Source of the DNA: an uncultured Actinomycetes bacterium
GTDB lineage: Bacteria; Actinomycetota; Acidimicrobiia; Acidimicrobiales; CADCSY01
DNA length: 64,000 nucleotides
Assembly: GCA_963839545.1 (NCBI GenBank)
Contig: CAWIVE010000004.1
Span: forward strand, 159,429-223,428
Direction: 5' to 3'
The position numbers and the translations under genes are program-made. Below, piece after piece: positions 22,578 through 31,267 of the stretch (position 1 is its first letter; each line of letters starts with the position of its first letter). The notes below the pieces were generated by a model. That model saw only the letters and a program-made list of their open reading frames with translations. It was not told the DNA's origin and made no database searches.

Positions 22578-23866
22578 GCCGGGGGGCGGCCGCGACCGCG
22601 AGGTTCGGCCGCCCCCTCCGCGAGTTCCTCGCCACGGAGGCGGCGGGCGGCACCGTGCTGCTGCTCGCCGCCTTCGTCGCGCTGGCGTGGGCGAACTCGC
22701 CGTGGGACGCGGCCTACCACTCGCTCCTCGACACCGAGGTGGTGGTCGGGGTCGGCCGGTGGTCGGTGGAGATGTCGTTGCACGACTGGATCAACGACGC
22801 GGCGATGACGCTCTTCTTCCTGGTCGTCGGGCTCGAGATCAAGCGGGAGCTCGTCCACGGCGAGCTCCGCGACGTCCGGGCCGCCGCCGTCCCGTTGATC
22901 GGTGCCGCCGGGGGCATGCTCGTCCCCGCCCTGATCTACGTGGCCTTCAACGCCGGTCACGCCGGGGCCCGGGGATGGGGCGTCCCGGTGGCCACCGACA
23001 TCGCCTTCGCCGTCGGCGTCCTGGCCGTCCTGGGCCGGCGGGTGCCGGCCGGCCTCAAGCTCCTGCTCCTCACGCTCGCGGTGGCCGACGACGTCGGCGG
23101 GATCGTCATCATCGCGGTGGCCTACGCCGACGACATCGGGCTGGAGTACCTCGCCCTCGCCGTCGCGGCCCTGCTCTCCACGGTGCTGGCCCGGCGCTTC
23201 GGCGCGCCGTGGCTGGTGCTCCCGCTGGCGATCGTGGCCTGGCTGGCCACCCGGGCGTCCGGCATCCACGCCACGATCGCCGGCGTGGGGCTGGCCATGG
23301 TGACGCCGGCCCACGCCGAGCGACCAGGCCGTGTCACCGCCGAGTGGGCCGACCAGCTCGACCGGGACCCCACCACGGACGAGCTGAAGCAGCTCTGGTA
23401 CCTCGCCGGGTCGGCGTTGTCGCCGGTCGAGCGCATCGAGCACCGGCTCCACCCCTACACCAGCTTCCTGATCGCGCCAGCCTTCGCCCTGGCCAACGTC
23501 GGGGTGCGCTTCGGCGACGTGTCGTTCTCGGGAGGAGGAGCCGTCCGCGTGGCCCTCGGCGCCGGCCTCGGGCTCGTGGTCGGCAAGCTCGTCGGCGTCA
23601 CCGGCGCCATGTGGCTGTCGGTGCGCACGGGCGTCGGACGGTTGCCGTCCGACGTCGAGTGGCGCCACGTCGTCGGTGGCGGGTTCGTCGCCGGCATCGG
23701 CTTCACCGTGTCGCTGTTCATCGGCGCCATCGCCTTCACCGACGAGTCGCTCCGCGAGGTGGCCACCGTGTCGGTGCTGGCCGGCTCGGTGCTGGCCGCG
23801 CTCCTCGGCTGTGCCTGGCTCTCCGCGGTGGCCCGCCGTGAGGTCGTCCCCGCCACGACGACCTGA
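22574..23866 (+). CDS. nhaA: Na+/H+ antiporter
   Basis: WINDAAM, GLEIKRE, ATDIAF, LAVADD, GIHATIAGV, GIGFTVSLFI. Confidence 0.93.
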   Translation: MSRGAAATARFGRPLREFLATEAAGGTVLLLAAFVALAWANSPWDAAYHSLLDTEVVVGVGRWSVEMSLHDWINDAAMTLFFLVVGLEIKRELVHGELRDVRAAAVPLIGAAGGMLVPALIYVAFNAGHAGARGWGVPVATDIAFAVGVLAVLGRRVPAGLKLLLLTLAVADDVGGIVIIAVAYADDIGLEYLALAVAALLSTVLARRFGAPWLVLPLAIVAWLATRASGIHATIAGVGLAMVTPAHAERPGRVTAEWADQLDRDPTTDELKQLWYLAGSALSPVERIEHRLHPYTSFLIAPAFALANVGVRFGDVSFSGGGAVRVALGAGLGLVVGKLVGVTGAMWLSVRTGVGRLPSDVEWRHVVGGGFVAGIGFTVSLFIGAIAFTDESLREVATVSVLAGSVLAALLGCAWLSAVARREVVPATTT

Positions 23867-23897
23867 GTCGCCGCCTTCGGGGTGACTGGCGGCGACC

Positions 23898-24533
23898 TCA
23901 GCGCCGGTCGAGTCGGCCGGCGACGGGGTCCCAGCGAGGCACGGTCCCGGACCACTCGTCGAGCGGGGCGCAGTGCCAGACCCACGCCGCGCCGAGGGAC
24001 GGGCGGCCGGGCAGGTCGCGGCGGCCGTTGGCCCACAGGAGGGCCGTCAAGGGCTCGGCGTCGCGCGGCCACCAGGGGAAGAGCCGGTCGAGCACGAGGG
24101 TGACGAGCCGCTCGTCGGGCGTGGACCGTGCCCCGAGCCCGTCGGCGATGTCGGCGGTGTGCACGAGCAGCTCGTCCATGCCCATGGCCACGAACCCGCT
24201 CGGGTCCGCCCTGCCCGCCGCGTGGTAGGCGCGCGCCGACGCGGGAGCAGCCCGGGCCACCTCGGCGAGGATCCGGGCCATGACCTCGGCGGTCCAGAGC
24301 AGGTCGCCCAGCGGCGCGCCCGACGCCACGGCGAGGGCGAGGGGCCGGAAGGAGGCGGCCCGAGTGGCCAGCACCGGGGCGTAGGCCAGGCCGCAGACGT
24401 GCTCCAGCGTCTCCCGGCAGGTCCAGTCGAGGGCGCCGGCGGGGACGTCCCAGTCCTCGTCCAGCAGCGGGCCGAGCACCGCGACGCAGGCGTCGGCGGT
24501 GGCGATGAGGTCGTCGGGCCCGGGACCGGTCAT
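23898..24533 (-). CDS. MDMPI/DinB-like metal-binding protein
   Basis: WDVPAGALDWTCRETLEH, ELLVHTADIADGL, LLWANGR. Confidence 0.75.
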   Translation of the reverse strand: MTGPGPDDLIATADACVAVLGPLLDEDWDVPAGALDWTCRETLEHVCGLAYAPVLATRAASFRPLALAVASGAPLGDLLWTAEVMARILAEVARAAPASARAYHAAGRADPSGFVAMGMDELLVHTADIADGLGARSTPDERLVTLVLDRLFPWWPRDAEPLTALLWANGRRDLPGRPSLGAAWVWHCAPLDEWSGTVPRWDPVAGRLDRR

Positions 24534-24641
24534 GGCGCCGGCAGGCTGCCACGCCGACCCCGGCCGTTCTTTGGTTCTCTCCCTACCGCAGCGGTGGCCG
24601 AGCGGCCAAAGAACGGAGGCGCCCTGTTTGCGGACGGCGAT

Positions 24642-24681
24642 CAGGGCCTCAGGAGTAATCGGGACCGGCGTCGATCCGGTG
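24642..24681. repeat. Degenerate att copy 4 (tRNA-Phe 3' end)
   Basis: CAGGGCCTCAGGAGTAATCGGGACCGGCGTCGATCCGGTG vs CAGGGCCTTCGGAGTGGTCGGGACCGGCGTCGATCCGGTG at 42006-42045. Confidence 0.8.
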
Positions 24682-25095
24682 CGCCGCGGGAGGTTCGAGG
24701 TCGACTCTGACAGTGAGCAGGTCGGTGCCCATGGCTCGCACCATGAACCCATTGATCGGTCGGCCGATGGACCGGAGCCGCGCATGCGGGTCGTCGTCGG
24801 GACAGACCCGGGCGCGCCCAGTCCGCCACTGCCGGCCGATGCGGAGCCGCACCTCGGGGTTCGCTTCGATGTTGCGCACGTAGCCGGCCCGGGCGCCGTG
24901 CTCGGCCACGATCCAGAACGTCCGGCCGTCGTGAGCGAGGCCGTTGCCGACGGGATTGCGGCGCAGCCGACCCGTAGTTCGGCCCACGGTCTCGAGGAGC
25001 GCGTGGGTGGGTGGCAGCACCCCGAGCGCGAGCGCGAGGCGCATCGGCGGGTTGACGACGAACTTCTGCACGAGGCGGACGAGCCGGCGCTTCAT
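24649..25095 (-). CDS. Deazaflavin (F420)-dependent nitroreductase family protein
   Basis: LLETVGRTTG..RRNPV, YVRNIEANPEVRLR. Confidence 0.85.
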   Translation of the reverse strand: MKRRLVRLVQKFVVNPPMRLALALGVLPPTHALLETVGRTTGRLRRNPVGNGLAHDGRTFWIVAEHGARAGYVRNIEANPEVRLRIGRQWRTGRARVCPDDDPHARLRSIGRPINGFMVRAMGTDLLTVRVDLEPPAAHRIDAGPDYS

Positions 25096-25177
25096 CGTGA
25101 CGGCGACCGCCGGTGCGGCGTCGGATACGGGGTGGAGGGCCTCATGCTTCCAGGGACACCTCGCGCCTCAACACCTG

Positions 25178-26125
25178 TCAAGGCCGAGCCGGAAGTGCGC
25201 GGCGCACGACGCGGACCAGCCGTGTCGGCGGTGGCGCCCAGGGCTCTCGATCATGGGGGTCCCACGCGTACGCCGGCGTGGCGTCGCAGACGAGATCGGT
25301 GACCTCCGGGACGCGCAACTCGTCGGCCGACCACCGGTACAGCTCCGTGAGGCGGGGCACGATGACGCCCACGTCGAGAAGCCGCCCGATGGTGTGCTCG
25401 TTGGCGGTGTAGTCATCGAGCGAGTCCTCCAAGGGGTAGCGGTCGGGTAGTACCCGCGACACCGAGAGAAAGATCCCGGTCATGGCCCGCCTCGGATCGC
25501 CGAGCCAATGGGCGATCGGCGAGAGCCAGGCCAGCGCGAGCCGCGGAGCGGCGACGAGGGCATGGGCGTACAGCAGGCGGATCAGGACGAGGTTGATGAA
25601 GAACCTCTCGACTCGGTTCTCGCGCTCGGCCAAGTCGCGATGGTCGAGGTACGCGGTCACGATGGTGACGTTGTGGGCCCGGTACCACGAGCGCGAGGAG
25701 GGCTGTCGCGCGAAGGCAACCGATGGCTCGACGCTGCTCGACGAGGCCGGACCCGGGTGGCCGAGCACGCGGGCGCGCGCCTCGCAGGTGTCGCGCAACA
25801 GTCGTTCGTTCACCGCCCTCCACCAGGGGCTACCTGGACGCTCATGATCAAGTGGGTTCAGGAGGCCACGACGTACCTGCCAGCCCATGAATGCAAGCGC
25901 TGCACGCCGATACCGGAGGTGCAGCGGTGCGGCACCCGGACGGGGGGCGTAGGACGACCGGAGCAGGTCCAGACGGCCCTGAGGATCGTCCCGAACCTCG
26001 GCGACGTGCCGGGCGGCCACTTCCGCGGCGGGGACGCGGTCAGGCGACTCTCCGAACACTTGGGTGCCGCCGCCCCGATCGTTCACCGCGGCAAGTATCG
26101 CTGCCACGGACGCGCCGAGATCCAC
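25178..26125 (-). CDS. Hypothetical protein
   Basis: 315-aa ORF with globular composition; no family recognised. Confidence 0.65.
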   Translation of the reverse strand: MDLGASVAAILAAVNDRGGGTQVFGESPDRVPAAEVAARHVAEVRDDPQGRLDLLRSSYAPRPGAAPLHLRYRRAALAFMGWQVRRGLLNPLDHERPGSPWWRAVNERLLRDTCEARARVLGHPGPASSSSVEPSVAFARQPSSRSWYRAHNVTIVTAYLDHRDLAERENRVERFFINLVLIRLLYAHALVAAPRLALAWLSPIAHWLGDPRRAMTGIFLSVSRVLPDRYPLEDSLDDYTANEHTIGRLLDVGVIVPRLTELYRWSADELRVPEVTDLVCDATPAYAWDPHDREPWAPPPTRLVRVVRRALPARP

Positions 26126-26204
26126 CGGGACGACGAGGTCGTCCTGCCGTGCACCCTAGGCAACGAAGGTCGGCGGCACGGGCGAGCGTTGACCCGTACG
26201 CTCC

Positions 26205-29200
26205 ATGGCGGTGCAGGGGACGGGCACGGTGACGGTGCTCGTCACCGACCTGGTGGGGTCGACCGAGGTGCGCGTCGCAGTGGGCGAGCACGCCGCCGAC
26301 CGGCTGCAACGAGCGCACGACCGCCTCCTCGCCGACGTCGTGGCGCACTACGGCGGCTCGGTCGTGAAGGGCACCGGTGACGGGGTCCTCGCAACGTTCG
26401 CCGGGGCGGCCGACGCAGTGTCGGCCGCAGTCGAGGTGCAGCAGGCGGTCCACGCGTGGGACGCGGGCCCCGGCGGGCGCCAGGCGGTGCGGATCGGCAT
26501 CAGCGCCGGCGACGTCACCTGGGAGGGTGGCGACTGCTTCGGGACCCCGGTCATCGAGGCCGCCAGGTTGTGCGCTGCCGCCGACGGCGGGCAGGTCCTG
26601 GTGGCGGACGTCGTGCGGGTGCTGGCCCGTGGGCGGCACGGCAGCCCGTTGACCGCGCTCGGCCCGCTCGAGCTCAAGGGGCTGCCCGAGCCGGTGGCCA
26701 CCTACGAGGTGACCTGGGAACCCAGGGCCGTAGCGGGGACCCGGGTGCAGGTCCCGCTGCCGTCGGCGTTGCGCCCCGACCGGGAGTTCACGTTCGCCGG
26801 TCGGGAGGCGGAGCTCGGACGCCTCGTCGAGCACTGGTCCGCGGCACGGTCGGGCGAGCGGCAATGCGTCCTCGTCGGCGGAGAACCCGGCATCGGCAAG
26901 ACCAGACTGGCGGGCGAGATCGCCTCCGTGGCTCACAGCGACGGCGCCACCGTGCTCTACGGGCGGTGCGAGGAGGACATGGGCTTCTCGTACCAGCCCT
27001 TCGTCGAAGCCCTCCAGCACTTCGCCGGCCACACGGACCCCGGCTCGCTCGCGAACCAGCTCGGGCCCTACGGCGGTGACCTGGCACGCGTCTGCCCTGA
27101 GCTCACCGACCTCGCTCCCGGCCTGCCGCCGGCGTTGCAGTCGGAACCCGAGGCCGAGCGCCACCGGCTCTTCGAGGCCATGGCGGGCTGGCTGCGGGCG
27201 GCGGCCGACGACCAGCCCGTGGTGCTCGTCATCGACGACCTGCACGGTGCCGCCACCCCGGCGCTGCTCCTGCTGCGGCACGTGCTGCGCGCCACCGAGG
27301 GAGCCCGGCTCCTGGTCCTCGCCACCTACCGCGACACCGAGCTCGGGCGCACGCACCCGCTGGCCGACACGCTGGCGGAGCTGCGCCGCGCCCGTGGCGT
27401 GGAGCGCCTGTCGCTGGTCGGTCTGGACGAGCCGGAGCTCGCCATGCTGCTGGGCCAGCCGGCGGATGCGGCGCTGACCAAGCTGGTCTATGCCGAGACC
27501 GAAGGCAACCCGTTCTTCGCCCGGGAGGTGCTGCGGCACTTCCAGGAGTCGGGGGCGCTGGTGAGGCGAGCCGGCGGGTGGACGGTCGAGGGGGTCGTGG
27601 CCGAGCTCGGCATCCCCGAAGGCGTGCGCGAGGTCGTCGGCCGCCGGCTCGTGGCGCTCTCCACCGCCACCAACGACGCGCTCGCGGTCGCCTCCGTCGT
27701 CGGGATGGACTTCGCCTTGCGGGTGCTGGCACCGGTCACCGGTTTCGACGAGGACCAGCTGGTGGTGGCGCTCGACGAAGCGGTCGCGGCCCGGCTGGTG
27801 ACCGAGCTCGGTGTGGGTCAGTATCGGTTCGGACACGCGCTCGTCCGCTCGACGCTCTACGAGGAGCTCGGTCTGACCGCCCGGGTGCGCATGCACCGCC
27901 GCGTCGGCGAAGCGATCGAGGCGGCGACACCCGATGACGTGTTCGCGCTGGCCCACCACTTCGGTCTGGCCGCCGCCGGTGGTCAGGGGACGGTCCGGGC
28001 GGCCCGGTACCACGTGCTGGCGGCGCAGCGGGCCCTCGCCACGCTGGCCGCCGACGACGCCCGGTCCTCGGCGCTCGCCGCCCTCGACCTGCTCGACGAC
28101 GGCGAGGACGACCTGCTCCGTTGCGATGCGCTCACCTGCCTGGGCCGGGCCGAGCGGATGCTCGGTCTCGGCGACCACCGCGAGCACCTCATCGAGGCCG
28201 GCCGCCTCGCCAGGGCACACGGAGACGTCGAGCGCCTGGTCGCCTCCACGCTGTCCAACGGCGGCGGCGTGGGCGACGTCGCCGGGGCCGACAACGAACG
28301 GATCGAGCTCATCGAGGCCGCCCTGGCGGCGGTCGGCCCCGACGACACATCCGATCGGGCTCGCCTCATCGCGCTGCTCGGACTCGAGCTGGGCGCGTTC
28401 GTCGGCGCGGCGTCGGAGCGGGCCTTTGCGATCGCCGACGAGGCGCTGGCGGTCGCCCGTCGGGTCGGCGACGATGCCACGCTCAGCGAGGTCATCCACA
28501 TGCACTTCGACGCCACGTTGGCTCCCCACACGAGGGCACAGCGGCGCGCCCTCAGCACCGAGAACCTCGCGCTCGCGGAACGGGTCGGTGATCCGGTCGC
28601 GCTCGGCTGGGCCCTCCAAGACCACGGCTGGGTCCGGGCCGAGTACGGCGAGTTCGATGCCATCGTCGATGGCATCGAGCGGATGGCCGCGATCGGTGAC
28701 GACTTCGGGATCGGCGGCATGAGCCGCGGCCGCACCCTGATCCGGACCGCCAAGGCCCTCGCCGACGGCCGGCTGGCGGAGGCGGAGGTCCTCGCCGACG
28801 AGACACTCCGCGTGTTCACGGAGACCGGTCACCGGTCCGCCTTCACCTTCTACGCGGCCGTGCTGATCGGGATCCGACGCGACCAGGGCCGGTTGGAAGA
28901 GCTCGTCCCGCTCGTGGTCGACGCGGCGCGGGACAACCCCAACCTCCCGGCAATTCGAGCGGCGTTGTGCATGATCTACGCCGACCTCGACCGGTTGCCG
29001 GAAGCGGGTGAGCTCCTGCGCGAGCTGGCCGCCGACGGCTTCTCCGCCCTCCCCTACAGCTGGACGTGGCTGGCAGCGATGTGCAACTGCGCCGAGGCGA
29101 GCATCCGGCTCCGCGACGAGGTGACCGCCTCGGCCCTGCTCGACCGGCTGTTGCCGTACCGCGACCACTTCGCGATGACGGTGGTCCCGGTCGGCGCCGT

Positions 29201-29495
29201 TGCGCGCTTCTGTGCAGCGCTGGCTTCCACGCTCGGCCGCTTCGAGGAGGCGGACACCTGGTTCGCGGAGGCGGTGGCGATGGACGAGCGGGCCGGTGCC
29301 GTGAGCTGCCTCGCCAGAAGCCGCCTCGACTGGGCCCGCATGCTGCTCACCCGAAGGAGCCCGACCGACGCCGATCGCGCCGCAGCGATGCTCGACATGG
29401 TGCTGCGTGCGGCGTCCGCGGTGGGGCTGCCCACGGTCGAGCGTCGAGCCCAAGCGCTCCTCGCCGGACCGGACGCGCCGGCTGGCGCTCGATAG
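26205..29495 (+). CDS. Class III adenylate/guanylate cyclase plus STAND ATPase and helical repeats
   Basis: TDLVGST, VKGTGDG, IEAARL; Walker A GEPGIGKT; VIDDLH; TEGNPFF. Confidence 0.9.
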   Translation: MAVQGTGTVTVLVTDLVGSTEVRVAVGEHAADRLQRAHDRLLADVVAHYGGSVVKGTGDGVLATFAGAADAVSAAVEVQQAVHAWDAGPGGRQAVRIGISAGDVTWEGGDCFGTPVIEAARLCAAADGGQVLVADVVRVLARGRHGSPLTALGPLELKGLPEPVATYEVTWEPRAVAGTRVQVPLPSALRPDREFTFAGREAELGRLVEHWSAARSGERQCVLVGGEPGIGKTRLAGEIASVAHSDGATVLYGRCEEDMGFSYQPFVEALQHFAGHTDPGSLANQLGPYGGDLARVCPELTDLAPGLPPALQSEPEAERHRLFEAMAGWLRAAADDQPVVLVIDDLHGAATPALLLLRHVLRATEGARLLVLATYRDTELGRTHPLADTLAELRRARGVERLSLVGLDEPELAMLLGQPADAALTKLVYAETEGNPFFAREVLRHFQESGALVRRAGGWTVEGVVAELGIPEGVREVVGRRLVALSTATNDALAVASVVGMDFALRVLAPVTGFDEDQLVVALDEAVAARLVTELGVGQYRFGHALVRSTLYEELGLTARVRMHRRVGEAIEAATPDDVFALAHHFGLAAAGGQGTVRAARYHVLAAQRALATLAADDARSSALAALDLLDDGEDDLLRCDALTCLGRAERMLGLGDHREHLIEAGRLARAHGDVERLVASTLSNGGGVGDVAGADNERIELIEAALAAVGPDDTSDRARLIALLGLELGAFVGAASERAFAIADEALAVARRVGDDATLSEVIHMHFDATLAPHTRAQRRALSTENLALAERVGDPVALGWALQDHGWVRAEYGEFDAIVDGIERMAAIGDDFGIGGMSRGRTLIRTAKALADGRLAEAEVLADETLRVFTETGHRSAFTFYAAVLIGIRRDQGRLEELVPLVVDAARDNPNLPAIRAALCMIYADLDRLPEAGELLRELAADGFSALPYSWTWLAAMCNCAEASIRLRDEVTASALLDRLLPYRDHFAMTVVPVGAVARFCAALASTLGRFEEADTWFAEAVAMDERAGAVSCLARSRLDWARMLLTRRSPTDADRAAAMLDMVLRAASAVGLPTVERRAQALLAGPDAPAGAR

Positions 29496-29601
29496 GGCCT
29501 GGCTCACGGAGAGCCCGAGCCCTGGACGCAGCCTTCATGCGCGACGAGCGCCGCTCGCCTGCCCGCGGTTCGCTCCCGCCGACGCCGTCTACGCTCGCCG
29601 C

Positions 29602-29823
29602 ATGGGCTCGTCGGGTATGAAGCGCAAGGGCCGGCGTCATCTTCCGAAGGTCGGCTCGCCCGCCAACATCGACCACACGGCCCATGAGCGACGCCAGGAG
29701 GCGCTGCACCCGTTCTCGTCCGACCCGGACGCGCGGCGCGGTCCCAGTTCGACGGTCGTCGCGGTCGGCGTGTTCCTGATCGTGGTGATCGCGATCATCG
29801 GCCTCATCGCCCTCGCTGCCTGA
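29602..29823 (+). CDS. Small basic protein with a C-terminal TM anchor
   Basis: TACGCT hexamer 6 nt before ATG; hydrophobic tail VVAVGVFLIVVIAIIGLIALAA. Confidence 0.55.
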   Translation: MGSSGMKRKGRRHLPKVGSPANIDHTAHERRQEALHPFSSDPDARRGPSSTVVAVGVFLIVVIAIIGLIALAA

Positions 29824-29986
29824 GGAGCAGACGGCACGGCGCCGGCAGGCTGCCCACGCCCACCCCGGCCGTTCGCTGGTTCGACTCCTCGTCTCGAGCG
29901 TTCCCGTCGAAGTCGTCCGACGCCCGCACGGACGCAGAGTCGGGTTGCCGCCATCACCTGCGGCGGGCCGTGGCTACGGTGCCGCC

Positions 29987-30883
29987 ATGGCCGAGAAGTG
30001 GACGGCGCTCGACCTGCCGAGGATGGACGGGCGCACCGTGGTGGTCACCGGAGCCAACAGCGGCATCGGCCTCGCCGCCGCCCAGGAGCTCGCGCGGGTC
30101 GGCGCCCACGTGGTCCTCGCCGTGCGAGACCCGGAGCGGGGCGAGCGCGCCGCCGGCGCAGTGCCGGGCGACCGCGAGGTGCGGCAGCTCGACCTGGCCG
30201 ACCTCGCTTCCGTGCGGGCCTTCGCCGAGGCGTGGTCGGGACCGATCGACGTGCTCGTCAACAACGCCGGCGTCATGGCCGTGCCGCAGGATCGAACGGC
30301 CGACGGCTTCGAGCTCCAGCTGGGCACCAACCACCTCGGGCACTTCGCGCTCACCGGCCTCCTGCTGCCTGTGATCACCGACCGCGTCGTGACGGTGAGC
30401 TCCGGGGCCCACCGCATGGGTCGGATCGATCTCGACGATCTGAACTGGGAGCGTCGTCGGTACCGCCGCTGGCCGGCGTACGGGCAATCGAAGCTGGCCA
30501 ACCTCCTCTTCACCATGGAGCTCGAACGACGCCTCACCGAGGCGGGTTCACCGGTGCGGGCCCTGGCCGCGCATCCGGGATGGGCCGCCACCAACCTGCA
30601 GGGCCGCTCCGGCGTCCGGGTGCTCGACGCCGCCATGCGGGCGGCCAACCGGTTCTTCGCCCAGAGCGATGCCATGGGGGCGCTCCCCACGCTCTACGCG
30701 GCGGCGGAGGACCTCCCCGGAGGGAGCTACGTCGGTCCCGACGGCCGGGCCGAGCAACGGGGGCACCCCACCCTCGTGGGTCGGAGCGCCGCCGCCCGGG
30801 ACGCCGAGGTCGCCCGCCGGCTGTGGGAACGCTCGGAGGAGCTGACCGGCGTCCACTTCCCGCTCGCGCCCTCGACGCCGTAG
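29987..30883 (+). CDS. Short-chain dehydrogenase/reductase
   Basis: TGANSGIG, NNAG, TNHLGHF, YGQSK. Confidence 0.92.
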   Translation: MAEKWTALDLPRMDGRTVVVTGANSGIGLAAAQELARVGAHVVLAVRDPERGERAAGAVPGDREVRQLDLADLASVRAFAEAWSGPIDVLVNNAGVMAVPQDRTADGFELQLGTNHLGHFALTGLLLPVITDRVVTVSSGAHRMGRIDLDDLNWERRRYRRWPAYGQSKLANLLFTMELERRLTEAGSPVRALAAHPGWAATNLQGRSGVRVLDAAMRAANRFFAQSDAMGALPTLYAAAEDLPGGSYVGPDGRAEQRGHPTLVGRSAAARDAEVARRLWERSEELTGVHFPLAPSTP

Positions 30884-30887
30884 CGCC

Positions 30888-31175
30888 TCGCCGTCCCGAT
30901 CTGGCACGGATCTGGCACGCCGGCGGCCGGTTCGCAGGGCCTCGAAGTGGAAAGGCCCCGCGACCAGGGCCTTCGGAGTGGTCGGGACCGGCGTCGATCC
31001 GGTGACCTCGCGCTTTTCAGGCGGAACCGGGGTCCGGTCAGCTGCGGCTGCCAGTGGACGATGACGGGCCGTAAGGGCTGGTCAGCTGGACCATTTCGAC
31101 GTCCGCAATCTTCCCGAGGGTGGCCTTGCGTTACCGCCATTCGCCGCTGGATCTGGCACGGATCTGGCACGCCGG
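30888..31175. repeat. attP-like junction: arm repeats, tRNA-Phe core, arm repeats
   Basis: 30888-31023 equals 41929-42064 with 2 mismatches; (GATCTGGCACG)x2 at 30898-30919 and 31150-31171. Confidence 0.9.
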
Positions 31176-31267
31176 GCGACGGCTCCTGGCCGTGGGGGGA
31201 GTGAGTCTCCGGTGACGAACAACAAGCCTGAGGAGCCATCCGCCGCTTGCCACTAGGTTGCGGTCCG

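Noticed and set aside
24590-24630. GGTGGCCGAGCGGCCAAAG resembling a tRNA-Tyr/Leu D-arm
   Set aside because: No anticodon arm, T-arm or acceptor stem; part of an inverted repeat
26040-29507. Very long antisense or alternative-frame ORFs (also 42693..45467, 59852..63268)
   Set aside because: Shadow ORFs expected at this GC content; low-complexity Arg/Gly/Pro translations overlapping well-supported genes
29870-29900. GGTTCGACTCC T-loop-like motif
   Set aside because: No surrounding cloverleaf and no match to the tRNAs in this window
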